NCBI RefSeq assembly: GCF_036321535.1
Contig: NC_087436.1
Location: 2,170,001-2,234,000 of the forward strand
Reading direction: 5' to 3'
Length of the DNA: 64,000 nucleotides
From: Camelus dromedarius
Lineage: Eukaryota
The notes below the pieces were generated by a model. It was not told the origin of the DNA and made no database searches. It saw only the letters and a list, made by a program, of their open reading frames with translations. This document shows positions 52,954 through 64,000 of the stretch, in pieces. Within the stretch, counting starts at the first letter, position 1; each line of letters starts with the position of its first letter. The translations under genes were made by a program, and so were the position numbers.

Positions 52954-55900
52954 AGTACCTCCCCATATATATGTATGGAATGGAGTTTGCAACTGAAAAG
53001 AAACTTAGTGTTCCCAACAAGCTAGGTGAAGGACGGCTTTCACACACATTTATCTCTCAGAACTCAGCATGTGGAGAGACGTTCGTTCATCTAGCACAAA
53101 GGGAACGGGATGCAGGAGAAACTTTTACTCTGGTTTCTCAGTCTGTTTCCTAGTGCCGGTTTGAAGTTCCTGCAGTTTTCACTGTAAAACCGATTTGGGG
53201 CTAGTACCTCCCCATATAAATGTATGGAGTGGAGTTTGCAACTGAAAAGAAACTTTGTGTTCCCAAGAAGCTAGGTGAAGGACGGCTTTCACACACACTT
53301 ATATCTCAGAACTGAGCATGTGGAGAGACTTTCGTTCATTTAGCACAAAGGGAACGGGTTGCAGGAGAAACTTTTACTCTGGTTTCTCAGTCTGATTCCT
53401 ATTGCCGGTTTGAAGTTCCTGCAGTTTTCACTGTAAAACCGAGTTGGAGCAAGTACCTCCACATATATATGTATGGATTGGAGTTTGCAAGTGAAAAGAA
53501 ACTTTGTGTTCCCAACAAGCTAGGTAAAGGACGGCTTTCACACACAATTATCTCTCAGAACTGAGCATGTGGAGAGACGTTCGTTCATCTAGCACAAAGG
53601 GAACGGGTTGCAGGAGAAACATTTACTCTGGTTTCTCAGTCTGTTTCCTAGTGCCGGTATGAATTTCCTGCAGTTTTCACTGTAAAACAGAGTTGGAGCT
53701 AGTACCTCCCCATATATATGTATGGAGTGGAGTTTGCAACTGAAAGAAACTTAGTGTTCCCAACAAGCTAGTTGAAGGACGGCTTTCACACACACTTATA
53801 TCTCAGAACTCAGCATGTGGAGAGACGTTCGTTCTTCTAGCACAAACTGAACGGGTTGCAGGAGAAACTTTTACTCTGGTTTCTCAGTCTGTTTCCTAAT
53901 GCCGGTTTGAAGTTCCTGCAGTTTTCACTGTAAAACCGATTTCGGGCTATTACCTCCCCATATATATGTATGGAGTGGAGTTTGCAACTGAAAAGAAGCT
54001 TTGTGTTCCCAACAAGCTTGGTGAAGGACGGCTTTCACACACACTTATCTCTCACAACTGAGCATGTGGAGAGACGTTCGTTCATTTAGCACAAAGGAAC
54101 GCGTTGCAGGAGAAACTTTTACTCTGGTTTCTCAGTCTGATGCCTACTGCCGGTTTGAATTTCCTGCAGTTTTCACTGTAAAACCGAGTTGGAGCTAGTA
54201 CCTCCCCATATATAAATTTGGAGGGGAGTTTGCAACTGAAAAGGAACTTTGTGTTCCCAACAAGCTAGGGGAAGGACTGCTTTCACACACACTTATCTCT
54301 CAGAAATGAGCATGTGGAGAGACATTCGTTCATCTAGCACAAAGGGAACGGGTTGCAGGAGAAAATTTTACTCTGGTTTCTCAGTCTGTTTCCTAGTGCC
54401 GGTTTGATGTTCCTGCAGTTTTAACTTTAAAACAGAGTTGGGGCTAGTACCTCCCCATATATATGTATGGAGTGGAGTTTGCAACTGAAAAGCAACTTTG
54501 TGTTCTCAACTAGCTAGTTGAAGGACGGCTTCCACACACACTTATCTCTCAGACCTGGGCATGTGGAGAGACGTTCGTTCATCTAGCACAAACTGAACGG
54601 GTTGCAGGATAAACTTTTTCTCTGGTTTCTCAGTCTGTTTCCTTGTGCCGGTTTAAAGTTCCTGCAGTTTTCTCTGTAAAACCGAGTTGGAGCTTGTACC
54701 TCACCATATATATGTATGGATTGGATTTTGCAACTTAAAGGAACTTTGTTTTCCCAACAAGCTAGGTGAAGGACGGATTTCACACACACTTATCTCTCAG
54801 AACTGAGCATGTGGAGAGACGTTCGTTCATCTAGCACAAAGGGAACGGGTTGCAGGAGAAACATTTACTCTGGTTTCTCAGTCTGTTTCCTAGTGCCGGT
54901 TTGAATTTCCTGCAGTTTTCACTGTAAAACAGAGTTGGAGCTAGTACCTACCCACATAAATGTATGGAGTGGAATTTGCAACTGAAAAGAATCTTTGTGT
55001 TCCCAACAAGCTAGGTGAAGGACGGCTTTCACACACACTTATCTCTCAGAACTGAGCATGAGGAGAGACGTTCGTTCATCTAGCACAAAGGGAACGTGTT
55101 GCAGGAGAAATATTTTCTCCGGTTTCTCAGTCTGTTTCCTGTTGCCGGTTTAAAGTTCCTTCAGTTTTCACTGTAAAACCGAGTTGGAGCTTGTCCCTCC
55201 CCATATATATATATATGGATTGGTGTATGCAACTGAAAGGAAATTTGTGTTCCCAAGAAGCTAGGTGAAGGACGGCTTTCACACACACATATATCTCAGA
55301 ACTGAGCATGTGGAGAGACTTTCGTTCATTTAGCACAAAGGGAACGGGTTGCAGGAGAAACTTTTACTCTGGTTTCTCAGTCTGATTCCTATTGCCGGTT
55401 TGAAGTTCCTGCAGTTTTCACTGTAAAACAGAGTTGGAGCTAGTACCTCCCCATATATATGTATGGAGTGGAGTTTGCAACTGAAAAATAACTTTGTGTT
55501 CCCAACAAGCTAGGTGAAGGACGGCTTTCACACACACTTATCTCTTAGAACTGAGCATGTGGAGAGACGTTCGTTCATCTAGCACAAAGGGAACGGGTTG
55601 CAGGAGAAACTTTTACTCATTTTTCTCAGTCTGTTTCCTAGTGCCGGTTTCAAGTTCCTTCAGTTTTCACTGTAAAACCGAGTTGGAGCTAGTACCTCAC
55701 CATATATACGTATGGAGTGGAGTTTGCAACTGAAAAGAAACTTTGTTTTCCCAACAAGCTTGGTGATGGACGGCTTTCACACACACTTATCTCTCACAAC
55801 TGAGCATGTGGAGAGACGTTCGTTCATTTAGCACAAAGGAACGCGCTGCAGGAGAAACTTTTACTCTGGTTTCTCAGTCTGATGCCTACTGCCGGTTTGA

Positions 55901-58900
55901 ATTTCCTGCAGTTTTCACTGTAAAACCGAGTTGGAACTAGTACCTCCCCATATATAAATTTGGAGGGGAGTTTGCAACTGAAAAGGAACTTTGTGTTCCC
56001 AACAAGCTAGGGGAAGGACGGCTTTCACACACACTTATCTCAGAACTGAGCATGTGGAGAGACTTTCGTTCATCTAGCACAAAGGGAACGTGTTGCAGGA
56101 GAAAATTTTACTCTGGTTTCTCAGTCTGTTTCCTGTTGCCGGTTTGAAGTTCCTGCAGTTTTCACTTTAAAACAGAGTTGGGGCTAGTACATCCCCATAT
56201 ATATGTATGGAGTGGAGTTTGCAACTGAAAAGAAACTTTGTGTTCCCAACTAGCTAGTTGAAGGACGGCTTCCACACACACTTATCTCTCAGATCTGGGC
56301 AAGTGGAGAGACGTTCGTTCATCTAGCACAAAGGGAACGGGTTGCAGGAGAAACATTTTCTCTGGTTTCTCAGTCTGTTTCCTAGTGCCGGTTTAAAGTT
56401 CCTGCAGTTTTCTCTGTAAAACCGAGTTGGAGCTTGTACCTCACCATATATATGTATGGATTGGAGTTTGCAACTTAAAGGAACTTTGTGTTCCCAAGAA
56501 GCTAGGTGAAGGACGGCTTTCACACACACTTATCTCTCAGAACTGAGCATGTGGAGAGACTTTCGTTCATCTAGCACAAAGGGAACGGGTTGCAGGAGAA
56601 ACTTTTACTCTGGTTTCTCACTCTGTTTCCTAGTGCCGGTTTGAATTTCCTGCAGTTTTCACTGTAAAACAGAGTTGGAGCTTGTACATACCCACATATA
56701 TATATGGAGTGGAGTTTGCTACTGAAAAGAAACTTTGTGTTCCCAACAAGAGAGGTGAAGGACGGCTTTCACACACACTTATCTCTCAGAACTGAGCATG
56801 AGGAGAGACGTTCGTTCATCTAGCACAAAGGGAACGGGTTGCAGGAGAAACTTTTCTCCGGTTTCTCAGTCTGTTTCCTGTTGCCGGTTTAAAGTTCCTG
56901 CACTTTTCACTGTAAACCGAGTTGTAGCTTGTCCCTCCCCATATATATATATGGATTGGAGTATGCAACTGAAAGGAACTTTGTGTTCCTAAGAACTAGG
57001 TGAAGGACGGCTTTCACACACACTTATATCTCAGAACTGAGCATGTGGAGAGACGTTCGTTCATCTAGCACAAAGGGAACGGTTTGCAGGAGAAACTTTT
57101 ACTCATTTTTCTCAGTCTGTTTCCTAGTGCCGGTTTGAATTTCCTTCAGTTTTCACTGTAAAACCGAGTTGGAGCTAGTACCTCACCATATATACGTATG
57201 GAGTGGAGTTTGCAACTGAAAAGAAACTTTGTTTTCCCAACAAGCTAGGGGAAGGACGGCTTTCACACACACTTATCTCTCAGAACTGAGCATGTGGAGA
57301 GACATTCGTTCATCTAGCACAAAGGGAACGGGTTGCAGGAGAAAATTTTACTCTGGTTTCTCAGTCTGTTTCCTAGTGCCGGTTTGAAGTTCCTGCAGTT
57401 TTAACTGTAAAACAGATTTGGGGCTAGTACCTCCCCATATATATGTATGGAATGGAGTTTGCAACTGAAAAGAAACTTAGTGTTCCCAACAAGCTAGGTG
57501 AAGGACGGCTTTCACACACATTTATCTCTCAGAACTCAGCATGTGGAGAGACGTTCGTTCATCTAGCACAAAGGGAACGGGATGCAGGAGAAACTTTTAC
57601 TCTGGTTTCTCAGTCTGTTTCCTAGTGCCGGTTTGAAGTTCCTGCAGTTTTCACTGTAAAACCGATTTGGGGCTAGTACCTCCCCATATAAATGTATGGA
57701 GTGGAGTTTGCAACTGAAAAGAAACTTTGTGTTCCCAAGAAGCTAGGTGAAGGACGGCTTTCACACACACTTATATCTCAGAACTGAGCATGTGGAGAGA
57801 CTTTCGTTCATTTAGCACAAAGGGAACGGGTTGCAGGAGAAACTTTTACTCTGGTTTCTCAGTCTGATTCCTATTGCCGGTTTGAAGTTCCTGCAGTTTT
57901 CACTGTAAAACCGAGTTGGAGCAAGTACCTCCACATATATATGTATGGATTGGAGTTTGCAAGTGAAAAGAAACTTTGTGTTCCCAACAAGCTAGGTAAA
58001 GGACGGCTTTCACACACAATTATCTCTCAGAACTGAGCATGTGGAGAGACGTTCGTTCATCTAGCACAAAGGGAACGGGTTGCAGGAGAAACATTTACTC
58101 TGGTTTCTCAGTCTGTTTCCTAGTGCCGGTATGAATTTCCTGCAGTTTTCACTGTAAAACAGAGTTGGAGCTAGTACCTCCCCATATATATGTATGGAGT
58201 GGAGTTTGCAACTGAAAGAAACTTAGTGTTCCCAACAAGCTAGTTGAAGGACGGCTTTCACACACACTTATATCTCAGAACTCAGCATGTGGAGAGACGT
58301 TCGTTCTTCTAGCACAAACTGAACGGGTTGCAGGAGAAACTTTTACTCTGGTTTCTCAGTCTGTTTCCTAATGCCGGTTTGAAGTTCCTGCAGTTTTCAC
58401 TGTAAAACCGATTTCGGGCTATTACCTCCCCATATATATGTATGGAGTGGAGTTTGCAACTGAAAAGAAGCTTTGTGTTCCCAACAAGCTTGGTGAAGGA
58501 CGGCTTTCACACACACTTATCTCTCACAACTGAGCATGTGGAGAGACGTTCGTTCATTTAGCACAAAGGAACGCGTTGCAGGAGAAACTTTTACTCTGGT
58601 TTCTCAGTCTGATGCCTACTGCCGGTTTGAATTTCCTGCAGTTTTCACTGTAAAACCGAGTTGGAGCTAGTACCTCCCCATATATAAATTTGGAGGGGAG
58701 TTTGCAACTGAAAAGGAACTTTGTGTTCCCAACAAGCTAGGGGAAGGACTGCTTTCACACACACTTATCTCTCAGAAATGAGCATGTGGAGAGACATTCG
58801 TTCATCTAGCACAAAGGGAACGGGTTGCAGGAGAAAATTTTACTCTGGTTTCTCAGTCTGTTTCCTAGTGCCGGTTTGATGTTCCTGCAGTTTTAACTTT

Positions 58901-61900
58901 AAAACAGAGTTGGGGCTAGTACCTCCCCATATATATGTATGGATTGGAGTTTGCAACTGAAAAGCAACTTTGTGTTCTCAACTAGCTAGTTGAAGGACGG
59001 CTTCCACACACACTTATCTCTCAGACCTGGGCATGTGGAGAGACGTTCGTTCATCTAGCACAAACTGAACGGGTTGCATGATAAACTTTTTCTCTGGTTT
59101 CTCAGTCTGTTTCCTTGTGCCGGTTTAAAGTTCCTGCAGTTTTCTCTGTAAAACCGAGTTGGAGCTTGTACCTCACCATATATATGTATGGATTGGATTT
59201 TGCAACTTAAAGGAACTTTGTTTTCCCAACAAGCTAGGTGAAGGACGGATTTCACACACACTTATCTCTCAGAACTGAGCATGTGGAGAGACGTTCGTTC
59301 ATCTAGCACAAAGGGAACGGGTTGCAGGAGAAACATTTACTCTGGTTTCTCAGTCTGTTTCCTAGTGCCGGTTTGAATTTCCTGCAGTTTTCACTGTAAA
59401 ACAGAGTTGGAGCTAGTACCTACCCACATAAATGTATGGAGTGGAGTTTGCAACTGAAAAGAATCTTTGTGTTCCCAACAAGCTAGGTGAAGGACGGCTT
59501 TCACACACACTTATCTCTCAGAACTGAGCATGAGGAGAGACGTTCGTTCATCTAGCACAAAGGGAACGTGTTGCAGGAGAAATATTTTCTCCGGTTTCTC
59601 AGTCTGTTTCCTGTTGCCGGTTTAAAGTTCCTTCAGTTTTCACTGTAAAACCGAGTTGGAGCTTGTCCCTCCCCATATATATATATGGATTGGTGTATGC
59701 AACTGAAAGGAAATTTGTGTTCCCAAGAAGCTAGGTGAAGGACGGCTTTCACACACACATATATCTCAGAACTGAGCATGTGGAGAGACTTTCGTTCATT
59801 TAGCACAAAGGGAACGGGTTGCAGGAGAAACTTTTACTCTGGTTTCTCAGTCTGATTCCTATTGCCGGTTTGAAGTTCCTGCAGTTTTCACTGTAAAACC
59901 GTGTTGGAGCAAGTACCTCCACATATATATGTATGGATTGGAGTTTGCAAGTGAAAAGAAACTTTGTGTTCCCAACAAGCTAGGTAAAGGACGGCTTTCA
60001 CACACAATTATCTCTCAGAACTGAGCATGTGGAGAGACGTTCGTTCATCTAGCACAAAGGGAACGGGTAGCAGGAGAAACATTTACTCTGGTTTCTCAGT
60101 CTGTTTCCTAGTGCCGGTATGAATTTCCTGCAGTTTTCACTGTAAAACAGAGTTGGAGCTAGTACCTCCCCATATATATGTATGGAGTGGAGTTTGCAAC
60201 TGAAAAATAACTTTGTGTTCCCAACAAGCTAGGTGAAGGACGGCTTTCACACACACTTATCTCTTAGAACTGAGCATGTGGAGAGACGTTCGTTCATCTA
60301 GCACAAAGGGAACGGGTTGCAGGAGAAACTTTTACTCATTTTTCTCAGTCTGTTTCCTAGTGCCGGTTTCAAGTTCCTTCAGTTTTCACTGTAAAACCGA
60401 GTTGGAGCTAGTACCTCACCATATATACGTATGGAGTGGAGTTTGCAACTGAAAAGAAACTTTGTTTTCCCAACAAGCTTGGTGATGGACGGCTTTCACA
60501 CACACTTATCTCTCACAACTGAGCATGTGGAGAGACGTTCGTTCATTTAGCACAAAGGAACGCGCTGCAGGAGAAACTTTTACTCTGGTTTCTCAGTCTG
60601 ATGCCTACTGCCGGTTTGAATTTCCTGCAGTTTTCACTGTAAAACCGAGTTGGAGCTAGTACCTCCCCATATATAAATTTGGAGGGGAGTTTGCAACTGA
60701 AAAGGAACTTTGTGTTCCCAACAAGCTAGGGGAAGGACTGCTTTCACACACACTTATCTCTCAGAAATGAGCATGTGGAGAGACATTCGTTCATCTAGCA
60801 CAAAGGGAACGGGTTGCAGGAGAAAATTTTACTCTGGTTTCTCAGTCTGTTTCCTAGTGCCGGTTTGATGTTCCTGCAGTTTTAACTTTAAAACAGAGTT
60901 GGGGCTAGTACCTCCCCATATATATGTATGGAGTGGAGTTTGCAACTGAAAAGCAACTTTGTGTTCTCAACTAGCTAGTTGAAGGACGGCTTCCACACAC
61001 ACTTATCTCTCAGACCTGGGCATGTGGAGAGACGTTCGTTCATCTAGCACAAACTGAACGGGTTGCATGATAAACTTTTTCTCTGGTTTCTCAGTCTGTT
61101 TCCTTGTGCCGGTTTAAAGTTCCTGCAGTTTTCTCTGTAAAACCGAGTTGGAGCTTGTACCTCACCATATATATGTATGGATTGGATTTTGCAACTTAAA
61201 GGAACTTTGTTTTCCCAACAAGCTAGGTGAAGGACGGATTTCACACACACTTATCTCTCAGAACTGAGCATGTGGAGAGACGTTCGTTCATCTAGCACAA
61301 AGGGAACGGGTTGCAGGAGAAACATTTACTCTGGTTTCTCAGTCTGTTTCCTAGTGCCGGTTTGAATTTCCTGCAGTTTTCACTGTAAAACAGAGTTGGA
61401 GCTAGTACCTACCCACATAAATGTATGGAGTGGAGTTTGCAACTGAAAAGAATCTTTGTGTTCCCAACAAGCTAGGTGAAGGACGGCTTTCACACACACT
61501 TATCTCTCAGAACTGAGCATGAGGAGAGACGTTCGTTCATCTAGCACAAAGGGAACGTGTTGCAGGAGAAATATTTTCTCCGGTTTCTCAGTCTGTTTCC
61601 TGTTGCCGGTTTAAAGTTCCTTCAGTTTTCACTGTAAAACCGAGTTGGAGCTTGTCCCTCCCCATATATATATATGGATTGGTGTATGCAACTGAAAGGA
61701 AATTTGTGTTCCCAAGAAGCTAGGTGAAGGACGGCTTTCACACACACATATATCTCAGAACTGAGCATGTGGAGAGACTTTCGTTCATTTAGCACAAAGG
61801 GAACGGGTTGCAGGAGAAACTTTTACTCTGGTTTCTCAGTCTGATTCCTATTGCCGGTTTGAAGTTCCTGCAGTTTTCACTGTAAAACCGTGTTGGAGCA

Positions 61901-64000
61901 AGTACCTCCACATATATATGTATGGATTGGAGTTTGCAAGTGAAAAGAAACTTTGTGTTCCCAACAAGCTAGGTAAAGGACGGCTTTCACACACAATTAT
62001 CTCTCAGAACTGAGCATGTGGAGAGACGTTCGTTCATCTAGCACAAAGGGAACGGGTAGCAGGAGAAACATTTACTCTGGTTTCTCAGTCTGTTTCCTAG
62101 TGCCGGTATGAATTTCCTGCAGTTTTCACTGTAAAACAGAGTTGGAGCTAGTACCTCCCCATATATATGTATGGAGTGGAGTTTGCAACTGAAAAATAAC
62201 TTTGTGTTCCCAACAAGCTAGGTGAAGGACGGCTTTCACACACACTTATCTCTTAGAACTGAGCATGTGGAGAGACGTTCGTTCATCTAGCACAAAGGGA
62301 ACGGGTTGCAGGAGAAACTTTTACTCATTTTTCTCAGTCTGTTTCCTAGTGCCGGTTTCAAGTTCCTTCAGTTTTCACTGTAAAACCGAGTTGGAGCTAG
62401 TACCTCACCATATATACGTATGGAGTGGAGTTTGCAACTGAAAAGAAACTTTGTTTTCCCAACAAGCTTGGTGATGGACGGCTTTCACACACACTTATCT
62501 CTCACAACTGAGCATGTGGAGAGACGTTCGTTCATTTAGCACAAAGGAACGCGCTGCAGGAGAAACTTTTACTCTGGTTTCTCAGTCTGATGCCTACTGC
62601 CGGTTTGAATTTCCTGCAGTTTTCACTGTAAAACCGAGTTGGAGCTAGTACCTCCCCATATATAAATTTGGAGGGGAGTTTGCAACTGAAAAGGAACTTT
62701 GTGTTCCCAACAAGCTAGGGGAAGGACGGCTTTCACACACACTTATCTCAGAACTGAGCATGTGGAGAGACTTTCGTTCATCTAGCACAAAGGGAACGTG
62801 TTGCAGGAGAAAATTTTACTCTGGTTTCTCAGTCTGTTTCCTGTTGCCGGTTTGAAGTTCCTGCAGTTTTCACTTTAAAACAGAGTTGGGGCTAGTACAT
62901 CCCCATATATATGTATGGAGTGGAGTTTGCAACTGAAAAGAAACTTTGTGTTCCCAACTAGCTAGTTGAAGGACGGCTTCCACACACACTTATCTCTCAG
63001 ATCTGGGCAAGTGGAGAGACGTTCGTTCATCTAGCACAAAGGGAACGGGTTGCAGGAGAAACATTTTCTCTGGTTTCTCAGTCTGTTTCCTAGTGCCGGT
63101 TTAAAGTTCCTGCAGTTTTCTCTGTAAAACCGAGTTGGAGCTTGTACCTCACCATATATATGTATGGATTGGAGTTTGCAACTTAAAGGAACTTTGTGTT
63201 CCCAAGAAGCTAGGTGAAGGACGGCTTTCACACACACTTATCTCTCAGAACTGAGCATGTGGAGAGACTTTCGTTCATCTAGCACAAAGGGAACGGGTTG
63301 CAGGAGAAACTTTTACTCTGGTTTCTCACTCTGTTTCCTAGTGCCGGTTTGAATTTCCTGCAGTTTTCACTGTAAAACAGAGTTGGAGCTTGTACATACC
63401 CACATATATGTATGGAGTGGAGTTTGCTACTGAAAAGAAACTTTGTGTTCCCAACAAGAGAGGTGAAGGACGGCTTTCACACACACTTATCTCTCAGAAC
63501 TGAGCATGAGGAGAGACGTTCGTTCATCTAGCACAAAGGGAACGGGTTGCAGGAGAAACTTTTCTCCGGTTTCTCAGTCTGTTTCCTGTTGCCGGTTTAA
63601 AGTTCCTGCACTTTTCACTGTAAACCGAGTTGTAGCTTGTCCCTCCCCATATATATATATGGATTGGAGTATGCAACTGAAAGGAACTTTGTGTTCCTAA
63701 GAACTAGGTGAAGGACGGCTTTCACACACACTTATATCTCAGAACTGAGCATGTGGAGAGACGTTCGTTCATCTAGCACAAAGGGAACGGTTTGCAGGAG
63801 AAACTTTTACTCATTTTTCTCAGTCTGTTTCCTAGTGCCGGTTTGAATTTCCTTCAGTTTTCACTGTAAAACCGAGTTGGAGCTAGTACCTCACCATATA
63901 TACGTATGGAGTGGAGTTTGCAACTGAAAAGAAACTTTGTTTTCCCAACAAGCTAGGGGAAGGACGGCTTTCACACACACTTATCTCTCAGAACTGAGCA
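52954..64000 (+). repeat. Distal HOR pair: 18-mer (52954-57425, 4472 bp) followed by an expanded ~27-mer copy (57426 to beyond 64000)
   Basis: ORF offsets are 4472 (52971/57443, 54583/59055) and 6708 (56323/63031, 56798/63506). A shared 2-bp deletion 'acttatctcagaac' occurs at ~56040 and ~62750. Confidence 0.88.
58669..62646 (+). repeat. Near-identical 8-mer (1989 bp) tandem duplication (58669-60657; 60658-62646)
   Basis: The 'tataaatttggagggg' monomer occurs at 58669, 60658 and 62647 (period 1989). Both copies share gcatgataaac, gggtagcagg, ccgtgttgg and gaaaaataac. ORF offset 59055/61044 is 1989. Confidence 0.92.

Larger units (their letters stand above)
1..64000 (+). repeat. Tandem satellite DNA array, ~249-bp monomer, ~257 copies, single orientation; probable (peri)centromeric satellite; both ends run off the window
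   Basis: The motif AGTACCTCCCCATATATATGTATGG recurs at 1, 250, 499, 748, 996 and so on to the end of the window. Consensus read by eye: agtacctccccatatatatgtatggagtggagtttgcaactgaaaagaaactttgtgttcccaacaagctaggtgaaggacggctttcacacacacttatctctcagaactgagcatgtggagagacgttcgttcatctagcacaaagggaacgggttgcaggagaaacttttactctggtttctcagtctgtttcctagtgccggtttgaagttcctgcagttttcactgtaaaaccgagttggagct. No non-satellite sequence was seen. The centromeric assignment is inference only. Confidence 0.99.

Noticed and set aside
516..63700. About 100 short ORFs (60-100 aa) on both strands
   Set aside because: All are translations of the same satellite monomer. They open and close with single substitutions (e.g. cctag>cctgt) and 1-bp indels, resemble no protein family I recognise, and have no gene context.
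1..64000. CRISPR array or other repeat-spacer system
   Set aside because: There are no unique spacers, the entire 249-bp unit is repeated, and no cas or other genes are present.
1..64000. Tandem RNA gene cluster (5S rRNA, tRNA, snRNA) or SINE/MITE array
   Set aside because: I recognise no RNA gene sequence, convincing Pol III A/B box pair, poly(A) tail, terminal inverted repeats or target-site duplications. An Rfam/Infernal scan would be the formal test.
1..64000. Transposon insertion, inversion or unique island hidden in the array
   Set aside because: Reading through, monomer phase and orientation are maintained throughout. The largest non-monomer-sized changes I saw are 1-2 bp indels.

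Overview
The whole 64 kb window is one uninterrupted, head-to-tail tandem satellite array of about 257 monomers, each ~249 bp (247-251 bp variants) and all in the same orientation. I see no protein-coding genes, RNA genes, transposon insertions, CRISPR spacers or inversions. Every ORF in the supplied track is a chance read-through of the monomer, mostly in a monomer subclass whose TAG has mutated. The information lies in the higher-order organisation, which can be read from diagnostic SNVs and indels: (i) a near-identical 995-bp 4-mer HOR at 1-5722 with one 3-mer variant; (ii) a 16/17-mer duplication nested inside a ~15 kb (62 vs 57 monomer) tandem duplication at ~5245-34830; (iii) an 18-mer duplication, a second 994-bp 4-mer and a more heterogeneous zone in the middle; (iv) an 18-mer/27-mer pair containing a fresh 8-mer duplication at the right end. 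The monomer is rich in short dyad symmetries and carries CENP-B-box-like half-sites at non-canonical spacing. The overall architecture suggests a eukaryotic, probably vertebrate, centromeric or pericentromeric satellite, but organism and centromere function cannot be established from sequence alone. I found no evidence of a novel gene-encoded system.
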